Shown: positions 1 to 10,843, numbered from the stretch's first letter. The stretch: 64,000 bases of DNA from Bacteroidales bacterium (GCA_007133565.1 SLMM01000011.1:1128-65127); one strand, 5' to 3'. Program-made: numbers and translations. The notes: generated from the letters alone by a model not told the origin.

Positions 1-692
1 CCTGAAATAACCAGGGGCGTCTCCTCTCCGTTTAGTTTTAGCTGCTCATATACGTAAAGAATAAAATAGACAAGGTCGGCATCATTTTTCCATGGAAAAG
101 TATTGCATAAAAGCAGTTTCTCTCCCTGGATTACGGCTACATCGACAGACTTGCCGTAAATGTTTGCCATTACAGTCGTTTTTGATCCTTTGCCCCCATG
201 TGTAACAAGTCCGTTTTCAATCAGAGGTGTGACCTGGTGAAAATATTTCACATTGCCGTATGACCTGTGCAAAAGAGCCGATATTTCCGAAGGCACAACA
301 AAAACATTGTATGCATCGGTACCATTGAGCTTGTTATAATTTATCTCGTCAAGCTCTTCAAGGTGATGGTTGAACTCAAAGTAGGTTCGCAGGTTATCCT
401 TCCTGAACAACGGACCGGGGATGAGGGTGTAGCGAGATCCCTGGTATGAAAATAGTACCTCTTTGTATTCACGGACAAGGAACTCATCGCTGTCATGGAT
501 GCCGGTGATCTTCTCCTCAATATCCCGGGGAGTCAAGCCGGAATCAAATGCGATATGTTTTAAAAGGATGTATTTGTTTCTCAGTGGGTCAAGCACAGAA
601 AAAGCATATCCATTCAGGCCTGCCTGAATGGATATGCTGTAATCTCGTGTCTGATTTATATCAAATGTTTCGTCTATCAACAACGCATCCAT
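1..692 (-). CDS. DUF3822-family protein, N-terminal ~230 codons (gene continues past the left edge)
   Basis: Not in the ORF track because there is no stop in the window. My translation of the minus strand from the ATG at 692-690 gives MDALLIDETFDINQTRDYSISIQAGLNGYAFSVLDPLRNKYILLKHIAFDSG... and stays open to position 1. The N-terminus resembles Bacteroidota DUF3822. It starts 8 nt after the stop of the 700..1305 gene, so the two are probably an operon. Confidence 0.6.
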   Translation of the reverse strand, partial: MDALLIDETFDINQTRDYSISIQAGLNGYAFSVLDPLRNKYILLKHIAFDSGLTPRDIEEKITGIHDSDEFLVREYKEVLFSYQGSRYTLIPGPLFRKDNLRTYFEFNHHLEELDEINYNKLNGTDAYNVFVVPSEISALLHRSYGNVKYFHQVTPLIENGLVTHGGKGSKTTVMANIYGKSVDVAVIQGEKLLLCNTFPWKNDADLVYFILYVYEQLKLNGEETPLVIS

Positions 693-699
693 AGCGATG

Positions 700-1305
700 T
701 TATTCCCAGTTTCCGGCATTGTTGGTGGTCCGCTCCAGAGATCCGACCTTAAGCCCGGGGAACTGGTCTCTTCTTATACGCTCATCGTTCATGTTAATAA
801 CAAGCTGCCTGTCAAGTCCGGCAAGCAATACATCGTTCAGCACGTGTGCCTCAAAAACCTTGACCGGGAGCCCGCTACCTGTCATAACCTCCCCTGCACC
901 AAGGAAGAATTGCTCGCGACCCCCCGTGTACGGAACGTAACGCAGAGAGTCTACAGCATATCCAGAAGGAAAAATTGAGTCCTTTACACTTACCAGAACT
1001 GTATCACGAATGATCTCTTCGGAAGCTACATCTTCGTCTTCATCTTCGAAACCAATAGCCCTGACAACACGGAATGAGTCGTACTTGACAAAATTGATCA
1101 GCGTATCAAAGCTGCCTGTAAACTCTCCGTAAACCGAGCGATAAGCAAGCTGGGCCGTACGGATGTCTCTCAGCCTGTCTATAGTCCTGCTATATCTCTT
1201 CCTTTGCTCCTGCTGAAACCTGATAGGCTGGCTGATGCTGTCAACCAGAAGGTATCCCAACAGAAGGATTGCAACTGAAAGGAGAATCTGAATTACTGTT
1301 TTCAT
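700..1305 (-). CDS. hypothetical membrane-anchored protein
   Basis: 201-aa ORF with one N-terminal hydrophobic helix (VIQILLSVAILLLGYLLV). I recognise no family. Tightly coupled to the downstream DUF3822 gene. Confidence 0.6.
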   Translation of the reverse strand: MKTVIQILLSVAILLLGYLLVDSISQPIRFQQEQRKRYSRTIDRLRDIRTAQLAYRSVYGEFTGSFDTLINFVKYDSFRVVRAIGFEDEDEDVASEEIIRDTVLVSVKDSIFPSGYAVDSLRYVPYTGGREQFFLGAGEVMTGSGLPVKVFEAHVLNDVLLAGLDRQLVINMNDERIRRDQFPGLKVGSLERTTNNAGNWE

Positions 1306-1503
1306 AAGTAAATATTTAAATTAAAACATTGGTCTTATATACCTTTTATCATAACAACATTGTCATGAACGGCTCATATTATAGTATTAAGTTATGTAAT
1401 AGAACGGACAGTATCTCCTTTTCTGATATTTTAGTTTTAAGTTTGATGGCAAATTTATAAAAAAAATGGATTTATACCGCATATTCCGGTTTAATTGATA
1501 AAA

Positions 1504-2919
1504 ATGTTAAAAAACCATATTATCAATATCTTAACAGAACAGCTCGGCCATCGGCCGACTGAGAGCCAGCAGAAGATGATTGGCCTGCTGCCGGACTTCC
1601 TGGAAGCAGGAGCAGGCAGGAACATCCTTCTGGTAAAAGGTTTTGCCGGTACCGGGAAGACCTCAATTATCGCTGCACTTGTAAGGACAATGCTGTTGTT
1701 TAAAAGCAACGTGGTTCTTATTGCGCCAACGGGCAGGGCGGCAAAGGTGCTGTCGGCCTATTGCGGCTATCCTGCCAGCACTATTCATAAAAAGATATAC
1801 AGGCAGAGGTCATCGGCCGACGGTACTGGCAAATTTGTGCTGGACAGGAACATGCACAAAGACACGCTTTTCATAACCGACGAGGCTTCGATGATATCGA
1901 ACCAGCCTTTCGAATCGGATGTTTTCGGCAGCGGCAGGCTGCTGGACGATCTGATCAGCTACATCGGAAGCGGTAAAAACTGCAGGCTGGTACTGACAGG
2001 AGATACTGCACAGCTGCCGCCGGTTGGCATTGACGCCAGTCCCGCCCTTGACGCCGGGTACCTGAGGGGTTTCGGGTTTGATGTAACCGAAGTGTTTCTG
2101 AAAGAGATACTCAGGCAGGCGCAGGACTCCGGCATCCTTTTTAATGCCACCGGGATAAGGTATGAAATAGAAGCGGAAAGCAGCAGCATTCCTCACATTG
2201 TAACAGAAGGTTTTAATGATATTGAGAGGGTTGCCGGCGCAGACCTGATTGAAAGGATCTCAGATTCATATGATAAATGGGGTATTGACGGCACCATCGT
2301 CGTTACCCGCTCAAACAAAAGGGCAAACCAGTTCAACAAGGGTATAAGAGACCAGATCCTTTTCAGGGATGAGGAGCTGGCGGTGGGCGACCGTCTTATG
2401 GTAGTGAGGAACAACTACTTCTGGATGCCCGAAAACGAGATAACCGACTTTATAGCTAACGGCGATATCGTTGAGGTGCTGCGTGTCAGACGCTATGAAG
2501 AGATGTACGGGTTCAGGTTCGCCGATGCGCTTGTAAGGTTTGTTGACTACAAGAATACCGAGATTGAGGTCAAGCTGATGCTCGACACAATAAATTCTGA
2601 AACTGCCGCCCTGAGCCAGGAACAGAGCAGATCTCTCTTCCACTCAGTTGCTGAGGATTACACCGGCATAGCCAACAAGCGCAAACGTTTCGAGAAAATG
2701 CGCCAGAACAGGTGGTTCAATGCGCTGCAGGTGAAGTTCGCATATGCAGTTACCTGCCACAAGGCACAGGGTGGTCAGTGGAGGAACGTATTCATCGACC
2801 AGGGGTACATCAACAGCGAAATGGTAAATACCGAATACCTGAGGTGGCTCTATACTGCATTCACAAGGCCTGTCGGCAAGCTGTTTCTGGTAAATTTCAG
2901 CGACCTCTTTTTTGATTGA
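1504..2919 (+). CDS. RecD-like superfamily-1 DNA helicase (AAA_30 / UvrD_C_2 type)
   Basis: Walker A GFAGTGKTS, DEASM (Walker B) and a C-terminal 'AVTCHKAQGGQW' motif typical of RecD/TraA-type helicases. The track ORF starts at a TTG (1495); the first ATG at 1504 is the more likely start. Confidence 0.85.
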   Translation: MLKNHIINILTEQLGHRPTESQQKMIGLLPDFLEAGAGRNILLVKGFAGTGKTSIIAALVRTMLLFKSNVVLIAPTGRAAKVLSAYCGYPASTIHKKIYRQRSSADGTGKFVLDRNMHKDTLFITDEASMISNQPFESDVFGSGRLLDDLISYIGSGKNCRLVLTGDTAQLPPVGIDASPALDAGYLRGFGFDVTEVFLKEILRQAQDSGILFNATGIRYEIEAESSSIPHIVTEGFNDIERVAGADLIERISDSYDKWGIDGTIVVTRSNKRANQFNKGIRDQILFRDEELAVGDRLMVVRNNYFWMPENEITDFIANGDIVEVLRVRRYEEMYGFRFADALVRFVDYKNTEIEVKLMLDTINSETAALSQEQSRSLFHSVAEDYTGIANKRKRFEKMRQNRWFNALQVKFAYAVTCHKAQGGQWRNVFIDQGYINSEMVNTEYLRWLYTAFTRPVGKLFLVNFSDLFFD

Positions 2920-2926
2920 GAAATGA

Positions 2927-2949
2927 TTACTTCCCTTCCGGGGAGGTAA
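2927..2949. terminator. hairpin between convergent genes (possible bidirectional terminator)
   Basis: TTACTTCCCT-TCC-GGGGAGGTAA is an imperfect ~9-10 bp stem with G-U pairs, lying between the helicase stop and the yjbQ stop. No clear U-tract. Confidence 0.35.
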
Positions 2950-3005
2950 CCGCAACCGGCACCGTACCGTTATAAAGTCATGAGCGGCATGTGCAATAAC
3001 CTGCC

Positions 3006-3422
3006 CTACTCTCCTATTATCTTAACCAACAGCCGTTTGCGCCTTTTGCCGTCGAACTCACCGTAAAAGATCTGCTCCCACGGTCCGAAATCGAGCTTGC
3101 CTTCAGTTATTGCAACCACAACCTCACGCCCCATTATAGTGCGTTTAAGGTGTGCATCGGCGTTGTCTTCATAACCGTTGTGCCGGTATTGAGAATGCGG
3201 ATGCTCGGGAGCAAGTTTTTCAAGCCAGACCTCAAAATCGTGATGGAGCCCTGCCTCATCATCATTTATAAATACGCTGCTCGTTATATGCATTGCATTG
3301 CAAAGCAGCAAGCCCTCCTTCACTCCGCTCTCTGCAAGGCACTGCTGAACTGAAGGTGTAATATTGATAAGTTCTCTCCGGGTTTTGGTCTCAAACCACA
3401 TCTCTTTCCTGTAACTCTTCAT
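3006..3422 (-). CDS. yjbQ: YjbQ/UPF0047 family protein (secondary thiamine-phosphate synthase)
   Basis: 138 aa. '[19 protein letters not shown]', '[15 protein letters not shown]' and '[13 protein letters not shown]' are characteristic of UPF0047. Confidence 0.85.
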   Translation of the reverse strand: MKSYRKEMWFETKTRRELINITPSVQQCLAESGVKEGLLLCNAMHITSSVFINDDEAGLHHDFEVWLEKLAPEHPHSQYRHNGYEDNADAHLKRTIMGREVVVAITEGKLDFGPWEQIFYGEFDGKRRKRLLVKIIGE

Positions 3423-3454
3423 AATAAAATATATTTGCCGTTAAAATAAGTTTA

Positions 3455-5203
3455 TCAGAATACACCAAGCGCAATGAGGATATTATTCGCCTTTTCATCA
3501 AGCTGCCTGCAGGCCTCTGTATAATCCTCCCTCCTGTCAAGGTTGCCGCGCACCCCAATATAAAATTTGATCTTTGGCTCGGTGCCTGAGGGCCTGACCG
3601 AAATGAGCGATCCATCTCTCAGTATAAACTGCAGCACGTTCGATTTTGGTAAATCTATATTGCGCCTGAGGTGGCTTATGGTGTCGAAAGATTTCTGCTT
3701 CAGGTAGTCGTTAACCGTCATAACCTCAGAACCTGCAATACTCTCAGGAGGCGAACCGCGAAACCGATCCATCATTGCCATAATCTCTTCGGCACCGCTT
3801 TTTCCCTTGCGTACAACCGACACAAGCGACTCACGGTATAGCCCGAACTCAACATAAAGGTCAATAAGCATCTCGTAGAGGGACCTGCCCTGATCCATCG
3901 CCCACGCTGCAGCTTCAGCAATGAGTGCACAGGAGAGAACCGCATCCTTATCCCTTACAAAATCTCCGGCCAGATAGCCGTAACTCTCCTCAAACCCTGC
4001 AACAAATGTCTTCTCTCCTTCATATCTGCGCATCAGTCCCGCAATGAACTTGAAGCCTGTAAGCACATCGTGGCACTCAACCCCGAATTTTGAAGCTATA
4101 TCTGACAGCATGCCTGTTGTTACAATGGTCTTTGCGATATATTCATTACCTGTGAGCTTTCCTGTCTCTTCCCATCTTTTCAGTATGTAATAAAGCAGCA
4201 GCGATGCAGTCTGGTTACCGTTAAGAAGTATAAGGGCACCTTTGTCATCCCTCACTGCAATCCCTACCCGGTCAGCGTCAGGATCAGTTCCCATCACCAG
4301 GTCAGCCCCTGTTTCACGGGCCTTATTCAGTGCCATCTCAAGAGCAGCCGCTTCTTCAGGGTTTGGTGATACTACCGTTGGAAAATTTCCGTCGGTCACA
4401 TCCTGCTCAGGCACTGATATGATGTTCTCAAAACCAAAGTTGCGAAGGGCCATTGGAACAAGCTTAACTGCCGCACCATGTATGGGAGTGAAAACTATCT
4501 TCATGTCGCTGCGACTTTTAACGGCGCCAGGCAACAGTGACATCTCCTTTAGTTTTTCAAGGTAGGCTTTGTCGGTTTCTTCTCCTATCATTCGTATCCT
4601 TTGGGGATTGGCATCCCTTTTTACCTGGCTGATCCCGGTAACCCTTTTTACCTCTGCAATGATGTTTGCATCATGCGGGTCAATTATTTGTCCGCCATCT
4701 TCCCAGTAAACCTTATAACCATTGTACTCCCTTGGATTATGGCTTGCCGTGATAACAAGCCCTGCCTGGCAGCCGTAGTGCCTGATCGCAAATGAGAGCT
4801 GAGGTGTGGGACGGAGATTTTCAAACAGGTAAACATCTACTTTATTGGCAGAAAAGATCCCTGCAGCGGTCTCCGCAAAAAGCCTGCTGTTGTTCCTGCA
4901 GTCATAGGCTATGGCAACTGACGGGGCCGTGCCGGAAAACTGTCTCAGCAGATAGTTTGCAAGCCCCTGGGTTGCCATGCTGACGGTATAAATGTTCATC
5001 CTGTTGGTACCTGCTCCCATAACACCCCTCAACCCGCCGGTTCCGAACTCAAGATCACGGTAGAATGCATCAATAAGTTCATTTTCATTCTCCGGGTTAT
5101 CCAGCAGTTCTTTTACCTGCCTTCTTGTTTCCGGATCAAAATCCTCACTCATCCAGGATGCGGCACGCTCACGCACCATCTTGAGCAACTCCATGTTCTC
5201 CAT
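3455..5203 (-). CDS. phospho-sugar mutase (phosphoglucomutase/phosphomannomutase family)
   Basis: 582 aa with the active-site loop 'TASHNPREYNGYKV' and the metal loop 'GTDPDADR'. Confidence 0.9.
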   Translation of the reverse strand: MENMELLKMVRERAASWMSEDFDPETRRQVKELLDNPENENELIDAFYRDLEFGTGGLRGVMGAGTNRMNIYTVSMATQGLANYLLRQFSGTAPSVAIAYDCRNNSRLFAETAAGIFSANKVDVYLFENLRPTPQLSFAIRHYGCQAGLVITASHNPREYNGYKVYWEDGGQIIDPHDANIIAEVKRVTGISQVKRDANPQRIRMIGEETDKAYLEKLKEMSLLPGAVKSRSDMKIVFTPIHGAAVKLVPMALRNFGFENIISVPEQDVTDGNFPTVVSPNPEEAAALEMALNKARETGADLVMGTDPDADRVGIAVRDDKGALILLNGNQTASLLLYYILKRWEETGKLTGNEYIAKTIVTTGMLSDIASKFGVECHDVLTGFKFIAGLMRRYEGEKTFVAGFEESYGYLAGDFVRDKDAVLSCALIAEAAAWAMDQGRSLYEMLIDLYVEFGLYRESLVSVVRKGKSGAEEIMAMMDRFRGSPPESIAGSEVMTVNDYLKQKSFDTISHLRRNIDLPKSNVLQFILRDGSLISVRPSGTEPKIKFYIGVRGNLDRREDYTEACRQLDEKANNILIALGVF

Positions 5204-5269
5204 ATCTTAATATTTTATTGATTTTTATCCTTATACTATGTTGTTTGCATTTGTCGATGCAATTACTTC

Positions 5270-6157
5270 TCAGCCAAGCTGCGAAATGCAGTTGCGGAGA
5301 CTCTCTTTCCAGTGCGGTATGTCGATCGACAGCCGCGACCGGATCTTTGCCTTATTCATAACACTGTAGGAAGGACGACGGGCCGGAAGGGGATACTGCT
5401 GTGTCTCTACCGGCCTTACGCGGCAATTAATTCCTGTAAGCGTAACTATCTCATGAGCAAAGTCGTACCACGAACCTACTCCCTCGTTGCTGTAATGAAA
5501 CAGCTCTTTGCCGTAACTGCCGTTCCCCGAAAGGGAATTGACAGCTATCATAAGCAGCACCCTGGCAAAGTCCCTTGCCCAGGTGGGGGTCCCTGTCTGG
5601 TCGTATACCACATTCAGCTCATCCCTCTCTTTCGCAACCCTCATGATGGTTTTGAAAAAATTGTGGCCGTGGGTCGAGTAGAGCCAGGAGGTCCGCACAA
5701 CCGTACCCCGTTCATAGTCCAGTACCGCCTTCTCTCCTTCCAGTTTTGATTTGCCGTAGAAGGACAGTGGGGCAGGTGTATCCTCTTCGCGATATGGCAC
5801 AGGCCTCTGGCCATCGAACACATAATCGGTACCCGGATGAATAAGCCAGGCCCCTGATAGTGAGCATGCGCCGGCAAGCAATCCGGGTGCCATGCCATTG
5901 ACAAGCATCGCAGCTTCCTGGTCAGCTTCAGCCTTGTCAACATTTGTATATGAAGCACAGTTTATAACGCAATGCACCGCGTTCTCTGCAATATAATCCT
6001 CAAGCCGGCCCGCCTGGGTTATGTCGAGTGTTTCAATATCGGTATGCAGGAACCGGTACTCCCTGTATGCATGAGTATAGGAAAGCCCCTGTATCTCCTG
6101 ACCCAATTGTCCGCGTCCACCTGTTATGAGTACTGTCTTTGTTTTGTTGTCAGCCAT
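5270..6157 (-). CDS. rfbD: dTDP-4-dehydrorhamnose reductase
   Basis: 'VLITGGRGQLG' Rossmann motif and overall RmlD similarity. The track ORF (to 6226) would overlap rfbC, so I chose the internal ATG at 6157 (MADNKTK...). Confidence 0.85.
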   Translation of the reverse strand: MADNKTKTVLITGGRGQLGQEIQGLSYTHAYREYRFLHTDIETLDITQAGRLEDYIAENAVHCVINCASYTNVDKAEADQEAAMLVNGMAPGLLAGACSLSGAWLIHPGTDYVFDGQRPVPYREEDTPAPLSFYGKSKLEGEKAVLDYERGTVVRTSWLYSTHGHNFFKTIMRVAKERDELNVVYDQTGTPTWARDFARVLLMIAVNSLSGNGSYGKELFHYSNEGVGSWYDFAHEIVTLTGINCRVRPVETQQYPLPARRPSYSVMNKAKIRSRLSIDIPHWKESLRNCISQLG

Positions 6158-6182
6158 CGCTTTGTCAGTATAGATTACCGGG

Positions 6183-6737
6183 CTAAATATAAAAGTTATT
6201 ATCAGCATCGGCAAAAGAGGGGGCATTCATGTCTTTTTCCGAAACAATGGCAGCTGACGGATCTATGCCCCAGTCTATTCCGATTTTTTCGTCACTGAAA
6301 AGAATGCCCCTCTCCGCACCAGGATTATAAAACTCGTCGCATTTATAAAATACCGTGGCTGTCCTGCTAAGGACCCTGAAGCCATGGGCACATCCTTTGG
6401 GGACAAGCAACTGCAGGCGGTTTTCAGATGATATTTCAATTCCGCTCCACCTGCCATAAGCTGGTGATCCCTGGCGCAGATCAACGGCAACATCCAGTAT
6501 GGTGCCCGCCAGCACCCGTATAAGCTTTGCCTGTGCATATGGTGAAAGCTGATAGTGCAACCCCCTGATCACATTTATCCCCGAGCGTGATTCGTTGTCC
6601 TGAACCCATCCCGTCGGCAAGCCCTTCTCCCTGAATACCCTTTCGTTATAACTCTCATAAAAATATCCCCGGGCATCTTCAAATACCTTTGGCTTTATTA
6701 CCAGCAACCCGGGAATGTCTGTCTCTCTGATAAGCAT
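6183..6737 (-). CDS. rfbC: dTDP-4-dehydrorhamnose 3,5-epimerase
   Basis: 184 aa. 'FEDARGYFYESY', 'RGLHYQ' and 'VPKGCAHGF' are RmlC cupin motifs. AGGAGG sits 10 nt upstream of the start (6748..6753, minus strand). Confidence 0.9.
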   Translation of the reverse strand: MLIRETDIPGLLVIKPKVFEDARGYFYESYNERVFREKGLPTGWVQDNESRSGINVIRGLHYQLSPYAQAKLIRVLAGTILDVAVDLRQGSPAYGRWSGIEISSENRLQLLVPKGCAHGFRVLSRTATVFYKCDEFYNPGAERGILFSDEKIGIDWGIDPSAAIVSEKDMNAPSFADADNNFYI

Positions 6738-6765
6738 TGGATGATATCCTCCTTTTCTTTAATTG

Positions 6766-7653
6766 CTATTGACGGGACTCACCGGCTGGTTCGCCAGCTA
6801 TCATCATAAGATAATCTCCGTAGCGGTTGTTTTTCATCATTTCTGCACTGTGCAGCAGCATATCCCTGTCGATGAAACCTTTTTTGTAGGCTATCTCCTC
6901 AAGGCATGCAATTTTAAGGCCCTGCCTCTCTTCAATAGTATGTATGAAATCGGAGGCCTGAAGAAGGCTTTCATGAGTTCCCGTATCAAGCCATGCCATA
7001 CCGCGGCTCAACAGTTTTACCCTGAGACGTGACTCCTCAAGATAGAGACGGTTCAGATCGGTTATCTCCAGCTCCCCCCTTGCAGAGGGTTTAAGTGCCC
7101 GGGCCTTTTCAATCACATCATTGCCGTAGAAATAGAGGCCTGTTACTGCATAGCTTGATTTCGGCTTTTCGGGTTTTTCTTCAATGCTCAGAACCTTGCC
7201 GCTATCATTGAATTCTACAACTCCGTATCGTTGGGGGTTGTTTACAAAATATCCGAATACCAACGCTCCGTCATTTAATTTTGCTGCATCGGACAGAATA
7301 CCGGTAAGCCCGTATCCGTAGAATATGTTATCGCCCAGGATAAGGCAGGCCGGATCATCTTCAAGAAAATCCTCCCCTATAAGGAAAGCCTGGGCAAGTC
7401 CTTCGGGTGCGGGTTGTTCCCTGTATGAGAACCGAACCCCAAACCGGTCGCCTTCACCCAGCAGGTGCCGGAATACAGGAAGATCACGGGGTGTCGATAT
7501 TATCAGGATATCCCTTATGCCCGCGAGCATAAGTACCGATATTGGATAATAGATCATCGGCTTGTCATACACCGGTAAAATCTGCTTCGAAATGCTGTGG
7601 GTTGCAGGGTGAAGCCGTGTGCCTGCACCTCCTGCCAGAACAATTCCTCTCAT
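6766..7653 (-). CDS. rfbA: glucose-1-phosphate thymidylyltransferase
   Basis: N-terminus '[34 protein letters not shown]' is canonical RmlA. 4-nt start/stop overlap with the upstream gene. Confidence 0.92.
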   Translation of the reverse strand: MRGIVLAGGAGTRLHPATHSISKQILPVYDKPMIYYPISVLMLAGIRDILIISTPRDLPVFRHLLGEGDRFGVRFSYREQPAPEGLAQAFLIGEDFLEDDPACLILGDNIFYGYGLTGILSDAAKLNDGALVFGYFVNNPQRYGVVEFNDSGKVLSIEEKPEKPKSSYAVTGLYFYGNDVIEKARALKPSARGELEITDLNRLYLEESRLRVKLLSRGMAWLDTGTHESLLQASDFIHTIEERQGLKIACLEEIAYKKGFIDRDMLLHSAEMMKNNRYGDYLMMIAGEPAGESRQ

Positions 7654-8612
7654 ATGATATTTTTATTTTGTTTTCCTTTCAGCTCTTCCCTGAAATAGCG
7701 GATGGTCTGCTCAAGGCCCTCCTCCAGTCCGATAACCGGTTCCCATCCCCCAAGCACCATTCCGGCCAGGGTGATATCAGGGTTTCTTTTTACAGGGTCA
7801 TCTCCCCTGACCGGTTTATATACTATTTCAGCACCTGAACCCGTCATCCTGATTATCTTCTCGGCAAGAGACTGAATTGACATCTCAACCGGGTTGCCGA
7901 TATTCACAGGCCCGGTAAACTCATCAGGTGTATCCATCAGCCTCACCAGTGCTTCGACCAGGTCGCTGACATACTGGAAGCAACGGGTCTGTGAGCCGTC
8001 TCCGTATATTATTAATTCCTCGTTTCTCAACGCCTGGACAACGAAATTTGAAATAACACGCCCGTCGTCCATCTGCATCCGGGTTCCGTAGGTATTGAAA
8101 ATCCTGGCTATTTTTATTTTCACCCCGTTCTGCTTGTGATAATCCATGAATAGTGTCTCCGCACACCTCTTCCCTTCATCATAACAGGACCTGTCACCTA
8201 CCGGGTTAACATAGCCCCAGTAATTTTCAACCTGGGGATGCACCTGCGGGTCGCCGTAAACCTCGCTTGTCGAAGCCTGCAATATCTTTGCTTTCTTCCT
8301 CTTTGCCAGGCCCAGCATATTCACGGCTCCCATTACATTGGTCTTTACGGTTTTTATAGGGTTATGCTGATAATGCACCGGCGATGCCGGGCAGGCAAGG
8401 TTGTAAATCTGGTCAATCTCACTGTAATATGGCATGGTCACATCGTGGCGTACAAACTCAAACCATGGATTGTCAAGCAGATGGACAATATTTTTCTTTG
8501 ACCCTGTAAAAAAATTATCAAGGCATAATACCTCATGTCCTTCCTCAAGCAGCCTTTCGCAGAGATGAGAGCCTATGAACCCTGCCCCACCCGTAACAAG
8601 TATACGTTGCAT
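7650..8612 (-). CDS. UDP-glucuronate decarboxylase (UDP-xylose synthase), SDR family
   Basis: '[19 protein letters not shown]', 'LDNFFTGSK', '[10 protein letters not shown]', 'YDEGKRCAE' and 'RIFNTYG' match UXS rather than RfbB. Confidence 0.85.
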   Translation of the reverse strand: MQRILVTGGAGFIGSHLCERLLEEGHEVLCLDNFFTGSKKNIVHLLDNPWFEFVRHDVTMPYYSEIDQIYNLACPASPVHYQHNPIKTVKTNVMGAVNMLGLAKRKKAKILQASTSEVYGDPQVHPQVENYWGYVNPVGDRSCYDEGKRCAETLFMDYHKQNGVKIKIARIFNTYGTRMQMDDGRVISNFVVQALRNEELIIYGDGSQTRCFQYVSDLVEALVRLMDTPDEFTGPVNIGNPVEMSIQSLAEKIIRMTGSGAEIVYKPVRGDDPVKRNPDITLAGMVLGGWEPVIGLEEGLEQTIRYFREELKGKQNKNII

Positions 8613-8658
8613 ACTGAATTGGTTAAATTATTGTTTTCATGACCGGTCATAATGTCTT

Positions 8659-9978
8659 TCAGGTTCTGCGGCCAATCCCGTAATAGGTAAATCCAAATTC
8701 TTTCATCTCAGAGGGTTCATAAAGGTTACGGCCATCGAAAACCAGCCTGTTCTTCATCAGGCGGCCAAGAACTTTATAATTCAGTGTCCTGAAATCATTC
8801 CATTCGGTCACAAGCAGCAGGGCATCGGCATCCACCAGTGCATCGTACTGATCCCTGGCATATTCAATGGAGTCGCCAATAACCCTGCGGGCTTCATCCA
8901 TAGCAACAGGATCATAGGCAACCACATCGGCACCTGCCCCAAGCAGCTTGTCGATGATTACCAGCACGGGCGCCTCTCTCATATCGTCTGTGCGCGGTTT
9001 GAAAGAGAGCCCCCATACAGCAATTCGCTTGCCCTTGATATCACCTTTGAAATGGTCTATTACCTTGTTGAAAATAACCTCCTTCTGCCGGCTGTTGACG
9101 TTTTCTACCGCTTTAAGTATCTCAAGCGGGTAATTGTTCTCATCGGCCGTCTTAATCAGGGCCTTTACATCTTTAGGGAAACATGAGCCACCGTAGCCCA
9201 CGCCTGCGTATATGAATTTGCTTCCTATACGGCTGTCGCTTCCGATGCCCATCCTGACCGAGTTAATATCTGCTCCAACCAGCTCGCAAAGATTGGCTAT
9301 ATCATTCATGAAACTGATGCGGGTGGCAAGCATTGAGTTTGCAGCATATTTGGTGAGCTCTGCCGAAGGTATATCCATGAAAATTATCGGATGATTATTA
9401 AGGACAAAGGGTTTGTACAGCCTGCGCATTATTTTCTCCGCATCTTCTGATTCCGTTCCTACTATTATCCTTTCAGGTTTTAAAAAATCTCCGATTGCGC
9501 TTCCCTCCTTCAGAAATTCGGGGTTTGAGGCAACATCAAACGGAATTGTGACCCCCCTCTTCTGCTGTTCGCCGAGAATGGTCTCCTTAACCTTGCGTGA
9601 TGTGCCTATAGGTACCGTGCTTTTCGTAACGACAACCATGTAATTATTCATATTCTTTCCTACCTCCCTGGCAACCTCAATAACATATTTAAGGTCGGCG
9701 CTCCCGTCTTCATCCGGCGGAGTCCCCACTGCTATGAATACGGCTTCGGCCTCCTCAAGATTATCTTTGAGGCTGGTGGAGAACCTGAGGCGCCCCTTTT
9801 CCAGATTCCTGACAACCATATCTTCAAGGCCCGGCTCATATATGGGCATCTCGCCTTTTTCGAGCCTGGCAATTTTTTGCCCGTCGACGTCAACGCATAC
9901 AACATCAACACCGGTCTCAGCAAAGCAGGTACCCGACACCAACCCAACATACCCGGTACCAACCATTACAATTTTCAT
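8659..9978 (-). CDS. ugd: UDP-glucose 6-dehydrogenase
   Basis: 439 aa. 'MKIVMVGTGYVGLVSG', 'GGSCFPKD' (catalytic Cys) and 'GLSFKP.TDD.RE'. Confidence 0.9.
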   Translation of the reverse strand: MKIVMVGTGYVGLVSGTCFAETGVDVVCVDVDGQKIARLEKGEMPIYEPGLEDMVVRNLEKGRLRFSTSLKDNLEEAEAVFIAVGTPPDEDGSADLKYVIEVAREVGKNMNNYMVVVTKSTVPIGTSRKVKETILGEQQKRGVTIPFDVASNPEFLKEGSAIGDFLKPERIIVGTESEDAEKIMRRLYKPFVLNNHPIIFMDIPSAELTKYAANSMLATRISFMNDIANLCELVGADINSVRMGIGSDSRIGSKFIYAGVGYGGSCFPKDVKALIKTADENNYPLEILKAVENVNSRQKEVIFNKVIDHFKGDIKGKRIAVWGLSFKPRTDDMREAPVLVIIDKLLGAGADVVAYDPVAMDEARRVIGDSIEYARDQYDALVDADALLLVTEWNDFRTLNYKVLGRLMKNRLVFDGRNLYEPSEMKEFGFTYYGIGRRT

Positions 9979-10081
9979 CTGTTTTCATTTAGTTAATAAA
10001 ACATTTATCCGGACCTCTGAAAATAATCTTCAGCCGGTGTTCTCATTGTGGCTTAACCCTATGAATTATCCAGCCCTGGTT

Positions 10082-10843
10082 CTATTCGTACTGGTCGCTC
10101 AGATCAAGGATCTCCACCTTTCTGAACTGGGTAGGATGGCTCTCGGCCTGCAGGGCAATATACCCCCTGGTTAATGGCTCACCAGTATCTGAAAGCTGCG
10201 GATTGTGATATGTAAAAACCGTATCCTGCTCCACTATGTGGTGTATCAGTGAATCGCCGTATACATGAAGCTCAACTGTCACCCACCTGTCGCCATGAAA
10301 AGTTTCAGACGTCGAATTGATGCAATGCTCCCTGCGCAGCTGTCCGTCGATCATTATGTGGGTTTCAGGAGTGCATACATTCATCGTGGGCCTTTCATTC
10401 TCACCGTCGCCGCCGAGAAGCTGGGCTTCCACTGATGCAGGGAAATCCTGGTCAAGTTCCATGCTTGCTGCACTCTGCGAATGAAACATGATGCCGTTGT
10501 TTCTGTATGCCCAGGCCGGCCCGCCGTTAACCTGTTCACCAACAAAACGGTACTCAACCCTAAGCTTGTAATGCGAAAAGGGTTCGTCGTAAAAAATATG
10601 GCCAAATTCGCCGTTGAAAGTATCCCATTCGTCGAACGAAACCGTAAGCAGTCCGTCTTCGACCCTGAAAGAATTGTTGAAATTATGGTTTAGTTCGTAG
10701 CCGGAAAACTTGATGTCCCAGCCGTCAAGGTTTTCGCCGTTAAAAAGCGGCCTCCATTCGGGCCCGGTCTCAGTTGTGCATGAAAACATCAGGACGCATA
10801 CCGCTATCAATGCGGGAATGGTCAGAAGCTTGGTTTTATCCAT
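10082..10843 (-). CDS. DUF1080 (3-keto-disaccharide hydrolase-like) lipoprotein
   Basis: Signal peptide with Cys (VLMFSCTTE), 'WRPLFNGENLDGW', 'FRVEDGLLT', and a C-terminal 'GYIALQ..HPTQFRKVEI' typical of DUF1080. Confidence 0.75.
   Translation of the reverse strand: MDKTKLLTIPALIAVCVLMFSCTTETGPEWRPLFNGENLDGWDIKFSGYELNHNFNNSFRVEDGLLTVSFDEWDTFNGEFGHIFYDEPFSHYKLRVEYRFVGEQVNGGPAWAYRNNGIMFHSQSAASMELDQDFPASVEAQLLGGDGENERPTMNVCTPETHIMIDGQLRREHCINSTSETFHGDRWVTVELHVYGDSLIHHIVEQDTVFTYHNPQLSDTGEPLTRGYIALQAESHPTQFRKVEILDLSDQYE

Noticed and set aside
6158-6226. N-terminal extension of rfbD ('MPPLLPMLIITFIF...') overlapping rfbC
   Set aside because: The Rossmann motif begins right after the internal Met at 6157, and the extension would overlap the rfbC 3' end.
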